Shown here piece by piece: positions 35,164-46,925 of a stretch of 64,000 nt of DNA (position 1 is its first letter; every line of letters begins with the position of its first letter). This DNA is from Chlorokybus atmophyticus (lineage: Eukaryota > Plantae > Mesostigma and Chlorokybus algae), in NCBI GenBank assembly GCA_009103225.1, contig RHPI01002402.1, forward strand, positions 434,001 through 498,000, in the 5' to 3' direction. The position numbers and the translations under genes were made by a program. Under the pieces are notes generated by a model. The model saw only the letters and a list, made by a program, of their open reading frames with translations. It was not told the DNA's origin and ran no database searches.

Positions 35164-36771
35164 GCTCTCCATTCTGAAAGGTTCATCTCGACAAGTCAGC
35201 GAAATGTTGCTACGTAGATAGCTTTCGCAGTTCAGGTATGCCGCATTCACTGTGTCTGGTTGGGTAGCCTGCTGGGTGATTGTTTGCAAGCCTCAACCTG
35301 CGGTATTGACAATCATTCTGTCCTGCCTTCAGCCCTCGCACCCTAGAGCACATATTGATACAATGGTTGCAAGGGAGTCGCTGCAAATTGACGGTGTTTT
35401 ACAAGCTGTTGGCGCCGAAGCACGCAAGCAAAGGGAGCCCACTAGCTTGTCATTGTGTTGCACAGCGTGCCCAGTTTCCTGTATTAACAGCCTTAGTGCG
35501 GCTGACGCATATGGTTAGAGTGTATGTGTTTGTAGATAGGTAGGGGCATTGGGGTTGTGCTGTGTCCCTGTGTACAGGATATCGTAGACGCTACTGTGCA
35601 TAGAGTGAGAGGTTAGTGTCAATTACCTACACAGGGCAGGCTTGGCTCTGCTAGGCTTCAGCTGAGCAGTGTCAGTAGTAGTATCACTGCCATGCAGCGC
35701 AGTGCTGCATGACTGTGACCGTGCTATTGGTTTTGTGATCATGTTTGTGCGCGCTCGCAGGACTACTGACGCTGTTTGTGCCAAATATCACCATTATTTT
35801 GCGTTCACAAGAGCTGGGGATTGCTGCATCTATGGCTGCATAACTGCCTGCACCGCACCTGCTGGCCATACTCTTCCGCCCAAACATCGTGTACACCAGG
35901 TGGAAGTCGATAGCATGAGGCTGCCACATTACTGTACCAGTTTGTTTACCAGGCATTCAAGCGCCGCACGCCGCGAAGACTGCATGGGAAGCAGGCTGCG
36001 TAACACAGCTTGCCCACGCCAACGGTGAAGGGACCCAACCCCACCACCCAACCCCAAACCAGCATCTAACCAGACCACCACTCCAACCAGAACGGCTGAA
36101 GCACAGCAAAACCGGCGCGGTGCTCAGTGCACCAAGCACTGCTGACGTCTGCAGTGCAAGACAAGAACGGCACACCACAGCGAAAACATGCTTCGTCGCT
36201 AGCAATGCGCGCGGAAGGAGGCGGAGTCAGGGAGGGATGGAGGGCGGGGGAGTCCTTGTTGCTGATGTGCATGCTGCCTGCCTGATGAACAGCGCCAGCA
36301 ACTAACCAGCCGCCCATGTGGGCAGGTGATTACAACTGCAGGTCTAATGGTTAGCGACAGTACGGTAGCGTTGTAAAGTAGCCCAGTGGTCAACTAAATT
36401 GGAGTTGAAGTTGTGTACCTGCATGCGCTGCTGTGTGCCTACTTCGCTACATCTCATGTGCATGCGCATGCATGTCCTGCATTTCTGTACACTAAATGTG
36501 GCATGGCAAGCAACACTACTCCTAAAGTTGCTTGCCATGGCACATGTCACTGAATAGGCTGCTGCAGTTGTCATGGTAGTGTGGCTTGCGGATCCCGGAC
36601 CATTTCAACTTTGCACTGATACATTTCGTTGGTTATGCAAGGTACAAGGTTAGTGTGGTGTAGTGCAAGGCATAGACAGTGCAGCATGCAGAGCCACACT
36701 GCAATGCACCAGTCAAAGCTGTACTAGCTTTTGTGGCACCAGCTTTGTAATTCATGAACTTGCAGGGAGCG

Positions 36772-39121
36772 TTATGATGGTTCATCATCATCATCATCGT
36801 TCTGAAACACAGACAGCTTGGGAGCTATTTTGGGCTTCTTTGTCGCCGCTGAAGGTCCAGCCTGCCAACACCCACACTCAGCCAACACCCAACAACACTC
36901 CATGCAGAGATCCATGTCATACTTGCACCCAACAACACCAGGTCACTGTATGTGTCTTATGTCAATCAATGTCACCTTGGAGCCTCCTCCAAAACTCATC
37001 TTCACTGCTCCTCTGTCTTCCGGCACAGACGCGACGGCGGCACTCGCAGCCTGCTGGCGCTGCTCTTCAACACTAGCAAAGCCGCAAGACATTAGATCAA
37101 GGGACACACAGCACACTTAACATAACCGTGTCTGATGAAGCTCCCTATGAGGTCAATGCGAAGCACTGGCGGTGTTTGTGTGCGTGTGCTCGGATGCATG
37201 CACAGGCCTGTGCACGAGTGCATGCGTGCGCGCGTGGCTGCGTGCGCATATGTGGATACATGCATACATGTGTGCACGTGCGGGTGCGCACGTGTCACGA
37301 ACACAGCGCATAACACGACAAAGGATACGCCTTGGCTAGCCTTGCCATCTCCTTTTCATGCCGCAGCTGCTCCTTTCTTTGCCTCTCACCTCGCGCACCT
37401 GCCGACTGCGTCTGCTGCATCTCCTTGAATCGCTGTGACAACACATCGGGTAAGTTTGTTAGGGTGTGCTGCGACAAGCATGTGCAAAATTACCTTCTTG
37501 TGATGGTGGTCGTATGAGCTGAGGTGGGCCTCGTATTCGCTGACGAGTTTGTACTGCTTGTTGCAGAGCTCGCAGTAGAACGTGCGCTTGATCTCCGCCA
37601 CCTCCGCGCGGATGCGCTCCTCGCGCTCGGCTTTGATCTGTGCGCCCGCACGGAAAACCGCACAAAAGGCAAGGGGGCGGCCCCCGACACAACGACAGTA
37701 CTCCCCACATTGCCGCTTTTCTAGATGCACTTGTTGCCAGCAACACAAACTTCAACATGCTCTTTCCAGACACGCACATACGCACAAGGGTGGACACCCA
37801 CACGAACAGCGACACATCCGCACGCGCACGCACACGCGCACACACACATGTACACGCACACGCTCACACTCACCTCTCTTTGCTTGGACTGCTCTTCGGT
37901 CTGCTCCACCTCGACCTCCAGCTTGCGTCTCGTGACATTCTCTCCCGACGTGTAGAAGTTGTCCTGCGCCGCTTTGCCCACACCCAACCTCACGCCCTCG
38001 CCACCTCCACGCACCGGCTCAACGATACCTAACCCCCAGAGCGCAGTTTGAGGACGTTGCAAACGCACACACACATGCACACGTGAGACTGGCATGCTAC
38101 ACGCGCGCGCACGCACACGTGCACACACAATCGCGCACACATAACTACTAGGACACAACTTCACGTTACAACTGCCCCACACAAACGAACCCAACACACT
38201 CTCACCCTGCGCGTCGCGTCCCAGCCCCGTCCCCTCCTTCCATCCCATCTTCATTAGCAGTTTGAACCCTTTGTTGCTGGCCGCGATGGCCGTATCGACC
38301 GAGGCCATCGTCGTAGTTGTGGACTCCTTCTCATCGCCTCCTTGATACGTGTGCGTGTCGGTGAAGTCCCCGGCACAATGAGCCAGGCCCAAACCGCCGT
38401 GGGAGGACTCCTCGTCCCTCATGGCATCCTCATAGGCCTGGGGGGGGGGGGTCAACTTGATGAGTCGTGCTGGGAGTCGTGCTGTAGTTCATGCAATGAT
38501 TCGTTCCTTCAACCACTGATTGATGATGATCCCTTCCTTCCTTCGCTCATGCACACATTGGTTCAATCGTTCAACCATTGCAGTCCTTCACTCACTCACT
38601 CACTCACTCACTTACTCACTCATTAATCCATCATCCATGCACAGTTGGCCCAGTGGCACTTGAGAACAAGATACTGGGAGAAGCTACTGCTATGCAAGCA
38701 TGTATGCGAGTTGCAAGCAATGAGGAAACATACACATGAAACAGGAGCAGTACAATCAACGGTCTAATGTTAACATAACAAGGGAGGAAATGCAGCGTAG
38801 CTTTTCAACCAGCAGCACAAATGTCAAGGCAGAAGCGTATTGTACGAATAAAACTAAGCCGTTACCAACCGTTGTGGTCTCCATCAGGTGTACAAATGCA
38901 CGATGAGTAAATCTGGTCACTGACGTACTTACCTCGCACTGACTACGCTGCGTATGGATTCTGTGTACACTGAACAATTCTGTGCTAGAATTCTGTTTGT
39001 TTGACTGAACAAAACAACCCTTGACATATCGAGCGAGAAATGTCTCAAAACGCCTCACCTTGACACGGTCTGCCATGGCCATAAGCGCCAAGTCCTTGGC
39101 GCTTGGTGCCCCGCTCTCCAT
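36772..39121 (-). CDS. G-patch plus C2H2 zinc-finger protein (GPATCH8/ZNF804-like architecture)
   Basis: [30 protein letters not shown] (G-patch) and FYCELCNKQYKLVSEYEAHLSSYDHHHKK-RFKEM (zinc finger); exons splice in frame from MESGAPSAKDL to SVFQNDDDDEPS*. Confidence 0.88.
38588..38623. repeat. (TCAC)n microsatellite in G-patch gene intron 1
   Basis: tcactcactcactcactcactcacttactcactcat. Confidence 0.9.
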
Positions 39122-39214
39122 GACGAAGGTGTTATGGTGCAAGCACACAGAACGCCTTTGTCCACCTCATCCGCCTCCTCCTGATCCTCCTCCGCCGCCA
39201 CCGTCGCCGCCGCC

Positions 39215-39224
39215 GCCACGTGGC
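39215..39224. promoter_or_regulatory. Perfect G-box palindrome GCCACGTGGC between the G-patch and ML genes
   Basis: 10-bp palindrome adjacent to a (GCC)n tract, 94 nt from the G-patch ATG. Confidence 0.4.
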
Positions 39225-39381
39225 ACACGAGACTTTCAACGCATACGATTCACCGCAGCTTTGAGGTTAGTCAGTTTTGCTGACGTCGGCGGTGGTGGCG
39301 GTGGTGGTGGCGGCGAGTGTAGCGGTGGTGCTGTACTGTCGTTGTCGTTGAGGTCGTCGTTGTCGTTTATAGTCGATCAGC

Positions 39382-40656
39382 ATGGCTGCGAGGTTGTATG
39401 TTTCGTCGGCGGCGGCGCTGCTTGTGCTGCTGCTCTGCTGCCAGCGCACGCTCGCCATCACATGGAAGCCATGCGGTACGTACATGCATGCAACATCAAA
39501 ACCCACTGTTGGATATGTTCGTGTTTGGCACGGTAGATTTATTGGTTGGTTGGTTGGTTGAGATTTGGTTAAAACTCAACCTTAAGAGTCGATACTCAAC
39601 ACCCTGTGTGTGTGTGTGTGTGTAAGCGCAGATGATGAGGCTGACCCTGTGGCTGAGATCAAGCAGATCGTGATGACGCCGGACCCAGCGCTGAGGGGAC
39701 AGGACGTAGGATTCGACCTCAACCTCGTCGCAGGTGAGAGGCTTGTGCGCGTGCGCGTGCATATATACATGTTGTGCTCGCAGCATCATGCAACCCTCAC
39801 TCTGATAGGTATATGACATCGCTTCCAGTACGCTGCACTTGTGTTCCTTACTGACTAGGCTGTATGTCAATTTAGCTCTGTCACAGCCAGGGTGTTCACA
39901 AACACGTAAATCCTGAATTGCCATCATTGTTTTCTGGTTGTGTACATCTTTGGCATGCGGTTGATTTGTCTGCAAGTCTGGTTTAGACTGAATCGAGTGT
40001 GTGACGTCTTTCCTTGTGGGGGCAGGTGAGGATGTGACGGGCGGCAGCGTGACCGTGTCGGTGGCGTACCGCGGCGTCCCCGTCCACTACGAGAATGATG
40101 ACCTGTGCGACAAGACCGCCTGCCCCATCAACAAGGGGCCATTCCGCCTCAACAACGTGCAGCAGCTCCCCAGAATCACCCCACCTGTAAGCACAGAGAC
40201 ACGTGCTTGCACGTGCGCATGCACAAAGCATGCAAAACGCGCGTGCACGCATGCGTGTGTTGTGCGTGTGTCATGCACATATGCACAACCTTCAGCTTCA
40301 TTATCTTTGGCACTCTTCTGTTGTTGTTTGTTCATTTTTGGCTAAGTCACATCTGTGCAGTCACGGGGATGCTCGCATGCGGTGGCACCCGCGCATGTAT
40401 GCGTGCGCGCATATGCACACACGCGCGCATGCGCACGCAAGCGCGTGCGTGCGCACACAGACACAGTTTTTGCCTCACACCCTTTCGTTGTCACACTGAG
40501 AGTTGCATATTTCTCTTCCAGGGTCCGTACACGCTCAAGTTGTCTGCCAAGGGCCCCGACGGCCGTTCTCTCTTCTGCGCCAACATCAACTTCAACGTGG
40601 TTAGCCCGCCATCTTCGGGGGGCATGCTGGGTGGTCTGAGCGCTCTGTGGAAGTAG
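39382..40656 (+). CDS. MD-2-related lipid-recognition (ML/NPC2-like) secreted protein, 4 exons
   Basis: Signal peptide MAARLYVSSAAALLVLLLCCQRTLA then ITWKPC, IVMTPDPALRGQ, DLCDKTACPINKG, LPRITPP-GPYTLKL, LFCANINF. Confidence 0.9.
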
Positions 40657-40945
40657 ACAGTAGCTGCGGAGCTGTAGCGGCAGAATGGCTACACATTGCT
40701 GTACATAGCATTGTTAGTTAGTGTCTTGGTGTTGGTACCGCGTGTAGCATGTGTAGGAGATAGGTCAGATGCATGTGTCATTGAACCAATTGCGCAGGTG
40801 TGGGAGGTATTGTTAAAGAAGATACTCGCTGCAGTGCATGTTGCTTAATGACCTGATTGCTTATTGCTTATATTGCTGATCGGTTAAGATTGTTGACATA
40901 GCCAATTTACGTCTTGTTCTCCTCGTGTCCTTGTCCTTATTGCCT

Positions 40946-40981
40946 TGTAATGTATGTAATGTATGTGATGTATGTAATGTA
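40946..40981 (+). repeat. Four copies of a 9-bp unit TGTAATGTA in the ML gene 3' region
   Basis: tgtaatgta tgtaatgta tgtgatgta tgtaatgta. Confidence 0.85.
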
Positions 40982-41454
40982 ACAACGTGAAATGACTACA
41001 GCCTACGGGGCTAAACTGCTATGTACCAACAGGTTCACCCTGGCAAGTGCAGTATGGACACTAACATGTGGCCCATACATGCATTCAACGTTACACACCC
41101 ATGAACAGCTGTATGAGTTGTAGATAATTATGCCTGTCCGTGTCTGACCCATGTATTGTATACTATGCACTGTTATGCAGTGTGGCTGCAAGCTTCCTGA
41201 GTCTGCTATGATTGGGCTGCGGTCAGTGCAATTCAAGTAGGATACACTGCTACCTTCTTCTGTGTAAAACACTACAACATTACAACACTACATCTATACT
41301 CAGCGGCCTGATATCTATCAAGCAGTAGCATATGCGAAATGAGCATATGCGAGTATTCTTACGTACAGATGACAACTCCCATGGCGCATTCATGGATTCC
41401 AGCAAGCACCACTTGGCATTGCCTCTAGTGTTTGCAAGGCAGCACCTCATCCAG

Positions 41455-44400
41455 TCATGTCACAGCGACATGGTTCCCCTGTTCACTAATGTAGAAATTG
41501 TTGAAGTTGATGCGAGTCACCAGATCCACGAGGTGTGGGAAATGGCCAACCTTTAACTTAGACGTGAGCACCTGCACAAAGATACAACACTCACACACTT
41601 CTCTGCGTACACACCCCAGTTCACGCAACCAACGCACACGAACACCACTCCGATGATAACAACGTACCCGCAGCAGAAACGCGTTGCATTCATGAAACTC
41701 GTGCCGGACACGTCTGAGCTCAGTATCGATCTTGGTCGGGACGGCATCAAGGTCAGCGAGCTTGCGGCACGCCGCGCAGAAGTCGAGCACGAGTCCAAGG
41801 ATGGTCTTGACGCGTCCGGCGATGAGTGTCCATAGGCGGTCGGGTGCTACGAGGCACTGCCGCTCGATGGACTCGAGGTACACGCCGTGGGCCGCGCGGA
41901 CGTCCTCAAGAGTGGTTGCGACCGCGAGACGGCCCGCAAGCTCCGCCCATGCAGTGTGGAGCACACGGTCCATCACGTACTGGTGAAGGTTGTTGACAAA
42001 GTGCATGAGCTCGGCTTGCAGCAACAGACGCTGCTGCGTCGCGCGTGTGCGGCGTTGTTTTGTACTTGCCATCTGCAAACAAGTATGATGGCCAATGCAG
42101 GTGGGATGGTGCTCCAAGATACTATACTACACAACTGTAATACTGTAACTGTGGTAATATCGTATCAGCATGAACAGCACATTGCATGTCTGCTATTGTG
42201 AAGACATTGCTTGCACATGCAGATGTACCTTCCATGTGATGCTGCAGGTACTGTCGAGCGCATGCTTTGCGCGCTTGACCTTGAAGAGAAACCTCATCAC
42301 AGAGTTGTAAGTTGTCATTGCGGCGGCATCCACGATCATCCCCACTGGCCACCGCACCTATAGAGATGACCCAGAACACTCATCCACCCTCATTGTACCA
42401 CATTTACATTTTTTAAACTATAACACAACAGTTTAGGCCACGTACTTGGTAGGTGATGCTAATGGCGTCCAGGGCGTCAATGTCGAAGCTTCCTGTGCCC
42501 TGGTGGTCCGGTTCGATGTGGAGCTGTATCGCATTAGGCTGAAGATGCGCGTCTGAAGCAAAGCGGGTCGACTCTTCCAGCAGCGTCTGCAGCTCGTATA
42601 TGTCGTGCCATGGCTCGTGCCGATCGAGCTTGGCAAACACCTCTGAAGTGAACTGCGACAACACGTCCCCTGCAGCCAGAGCGCATAACACCCTTGTTGA
42701 CTACAGACAAACAATGTTGCAAGCGTCACACCTTTCTGCACACACACACATGCACTGCGACACAAAGCAGGGAGCCAGCATAAAACGCACACCAACCTGA
42801 CCCAAGCAGGTATACAGCGCGCAATGCCTGAAGCTCTTCCAGCAGATGCCATTCACCCATCAGCCTCTTGAGCAGACGCAGTCCAATATTCTCGCATAGT
42901 TGGTGTATGGGATTGAGCAAACACTGGTCAATGGCAGACATGGGCGGCGGGGCATGCACAACCAGGTCTTTTAACCACGCCATTGCATCAGCTGTTGGGT
43001 CCTGTTCTTGATGAGCGATGCTAGGGGTTTCTAACCTGAAGTCCAGCGGCATCTGTTTCATTGGCATTGAAAAAGTGGATGGCTGCTCTTGGCCGCTGTC
43101 TTGGTCTGCACTGGCCAGCTGGCCATCAACGGTCAGCCAGCCATCATCTTCCAAGTTGGAATCAGAGATGGCATGACCTCTGGTTGATAGTAATGCTGGT
43201 GTATCATCACCATCTGCCGGCACTTGTGAGGGCTCTTCTATCACACTCCAAGCATCAGAACTGCAGGACGCTGTTGTTGACGCATTGTCCAGCGAACGGC
43301 CTGGAGCTGGTGTAACAACCACCATGAGGTCTTTCAGAGACTCGCATATGCGGCTGTACAAAACGTGTGTGCTGGGCTGCGTGCTCGAGTCAGCGCTGTT
43401 TGCATGGTAGTGTAGAAGCTGAAGGGATTTGCCTGCTGCAAGTATCTCGTCAGCCATCTTGGACAAGAAACTTGGACACAGCACTGGCTGATCGGAGTCG
43501 CCAGCATTCCCACTTCGATCATTGAAAGAGCGCGACCTTATGACCGGTGCCATGCGAGGAGGTCCAGCAGCTGAGCTGCATGCATCCAGTACAAACTTAT
43601 TGCCACAAACGGCCACGGGCTAAACGCAAGCGTGTATCCATGCATACTACTATACGGGAGCCAAGTTGACGCCAAGCAGTCGCTTACTGCTCTGGTCGCC
43701 GTAATGAGAAAGATGTTGTCCAGAAGGAATTGTCTTCGATATTTACAGGGCCTGATCTGTAAACAAACAACTGGGCACAACCAGCCACAGTCACCGGTCA
43801 GTTCTATGGCATGCCCTTACCAAACAACTGCAGCAACCTCACCTCATCAGAGTTGTCATTCAAAGTTCCATCCAGGAGCCACAAGTCCAGCGACTCCAGC
43901 AATGGCAGCATCGACCTCAACCACAAGTGCAACGCTTCACAGTATATGTCACCCTGCAGTCCACGTATGAGTTGCAGAGGTAACCAGCACGTAGCAACAT
44001 GCCCACTGATACCCATCCATGTTGCAAGCGAGGGGCACACAGTAGTCCAACGGCATTTGCAGCCTTGTGGTATATCAACTACACGCTTGCCAACCTGAGA
44101 ATTGCTGGAGAGCAAGTGCTCTTCAAGCAGGCGATACAGCTCGCCTAGGATATGCGAGCAACCGGCTGCAGCACTTTCAACAAAGATGCCACCGGGCGGT
44201 GCGCCTTGCAGCTGCACATACTCCAGCACCTCGACAGCGCGCATGATGCTGCATCCAAGTACGTCACCAAAAGGCCTCATGTTGGAATCGAAAGCATGCA
44301 CCAACAACGGCAACACCACAAGACTTACGACTGCAGGAGCGATGACAACCTGAGCAGCGTGGTGCATGCCAAAGGTGTGTTGGAAAGGCATGCTGCTGCC

Positions 44401-46422
44401 TGAACCTTCACTTGGTGTCGGATTGCCTGGCGAAACACTGATCAGTGAAGCAAGTTGACAGTCAAGGAACAGTTTCTTTCAAATTGAGCAACAATCATAC
44501 TTGACTACGTGAGAGGATGGCGTTTGCGAAGGCTTCAATGGTTGGTCCTGGGGCTACCCCTTGACCACGTGCGCATGTGGCAGCAATTGATGCAGCGCTG
44601 ACAGAGTTTACAAAATGCTGCATGCGCTTCAATGCTGCTGCGGTGCCAAGAAAAGGTGCCAGCAGGCTTTGAAGACTGGCATCTGATAAATGCGACAGGC
44701 AGAGACTGCTCTCCAAGCGGTACATGTTCCATGTTGCATCCCACACGAATGAGGTGCAGGGCAAACCTTGCAACACGGCCAGCACCTCTTCAACCTGCAA
44801 CGCACAACAACTAAGTACAGGCACGCGGTGACCTTTTGGATGCGCATAGACTTGAACACACCAATGCTGGTTCTGTGACACGTGTGCGGGGCACAGTGGC
44901 CAGTAACGCAACGTTGTTCCCGTACTCTTGCGACCGTAATGCTTCAATGATGGTGCTTGAGGCACCTGTAGTGCATGCTAGCCCTTCTGCACACAGCAGC
45001 CCTTGTGGTGAGCACTGCAGTGACACCATGATGTGTTGTCCAGCTTATGATGTTCTACCAACACAGTACCTGCTACAACTGATGGGTATGGAGTGACTGT
45101 AATCTGCTTGGTAATACTATTCAGCGTGGACAGCACTTCTGGGGTCTGCGGGAAGGACATGTGCATGCTTTGCCAGTCAAAGGAGTCGTGCTCGGCAGCA
45201 TCTGCATGCTGAGAAATGAGCAGAACGCACAAGTTCAGTCACACTGGCTATAACATACAATGCACCTATGCTATTGTGTTTCTAATGAACAGCAAGTACT
45301 CAGTGTTTCAGAAGCGTAGAGCTCACCGCAAAGTGTTCATGGGAACTGAGATTGTGCAGCTCAGCCTCCTTTGCCGAGATGTCAGCATCAGAGTCAATGT
45401 CCGTCCAGTCGCTTAAGTCTGAGCTGGAGGGAGAATCCTCTAAATCGGACTCATCACTATCACTCAGCAAGTCTGCTTGCTGCTCCTTGGCAGCCGGCAG
45501 TGCCTGCAAGAAAGCCGCAGTGCACCACACTTGGAACTCTCATAGTACACTCTCATATGCATTTTCTAGTGTGTACAAGCAAGCAGCTGTCCGCCTCATG
45601 CGTGTACCAGGTCCTGGCCATAGTAGTCAGCCTTCAATGGTGACTCTGCCAGGTAGTACAGAAGGCAGAGCAATGCATAGTTTGCGTCCTGCACACCGCA
45701 GCTGTGCATATGTCAAACTTGCAAAAATGTGTCCAATGCTGGTAGCATGATGCAGTCTTCTTGCGTACCATGAAAGCGGACGGACTTGGCTGCTTCTCCA
45801 GCAAGCCAACCAAGCTGCGCAGCTGATCGGCCCTGGCTTGCTGAGCATTGATTTCCATACGTGTTCCCAGCCTGTAATGTGCGTCCCAGCTTGAACAACA
45901 CGCGCTTATGGGCGACACTCAGTCTTTGAGCTCTTACCGTGTATACAGTCTCAAAACTTCAGTGGGATTGGTGTCCAGATAGCTGTGGTGCTTGAGATTG
46001 TGTTCGGAAAATCGTATTGCTGTGTCAAAGTTCTGTGACCCTACCTGGTAGTGAATTAACACAGTAAGTAATGCAATCAATACACGGTGTACTTAATAAC
46101 GCGCAGGAATGTGCTTACTGCAACTGCATTGAAGGAACACAGCTGTTACTGTGTCGTGCGCAAAGCCCACGACACAGTCACATCGTTTGCTTTGCAGACT
46201 GAGCAGGCTGCAAGCTGATTGCGGCATTACACAAGCTAAGATCTTGGCAAACGCAACATGCGTTGCCTTCAAGTGTCTCTTACGTATGAGCAGCGTAGTA
46301 CAACGGTGAGCATGCAGCGGCACTATACTGAGCAGCACCTCAAGGCCAAGCAGCTGCTTGATCAGGGCGGTGAGCAGCCGCCTCGTCCTCTCCCGCCCCT
46401 CCAGGGCAAAAGAAGAAGCCAT
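41455..46422 (-). CDS. GCP5: Gamma-tubulin complex component 5 (Spc97/Spc98 family)
   Basis: NFDTAIRFSEHNLKHHSYLDTNP, WLLDGTLNDNSDE, FWTTSFSLR, CPSFLSKMADEILAAGKSLQLL, ELQALRAVYLLGSG, LMHFVNNLHQYVMDRVLHTAW, FPHLVDLVTRINFNNFY. Confidence 0.9.
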
Positions 46423-46925
46423 GTTACCGACCCCTCCCAGCACAAGCCGGCTGGCTCACAGGGACACCGCCTACGCCATGGCTGACGGCAACGCCAACGC
46501 CTACACCAATGTTGGCGCCAAGCTTAGGTCTTCTTGTGCTGTTCCGCACAGCACCCTTCCCCTGTTGTGCGCTGCGCACTTGTTGTGCACAGATAGGGTT
46601 TCTTGTGTGCGGGCAGCGGATGTGCATGCATGCTGTACCGGCGGCGGCGGCGTGGTAGGCGGCTGAGGCGGTGTGGGCGGTGTCCAATTGTATCTCTTTG
46701 CTGTCGAGGCTTTGGCGTTTAGCGTGTGGTTGAGCCTCTGCGTGACGGTGTCTGAGTTGCTGCTAGCGGTTGGTGAGTTGCTGCTTGACAGGTTGTGGCT
46801 GTGGGTAAGGGTGAGGGTGAGGGTGAGGGGGGGTGCACCTGCTGGCTGGACCGCCCTCCTCCGGCATGCTGCTGGCGTGATGGGCGATTGGGAGGTAGAG
46901 TTGAGCAGGGGCGATACTCGGAGGG

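Noticed and set aside
35520-36400. Possible extra gene between the J-protein and G-patch 3' ends (e.g. minus-strand YRLPPGVHDVWAEEYGQQ)
   Set aside because: I could not assemble a consistent start-to-stop spliced model or recognise any domain; more simply convergent 3' UTRs
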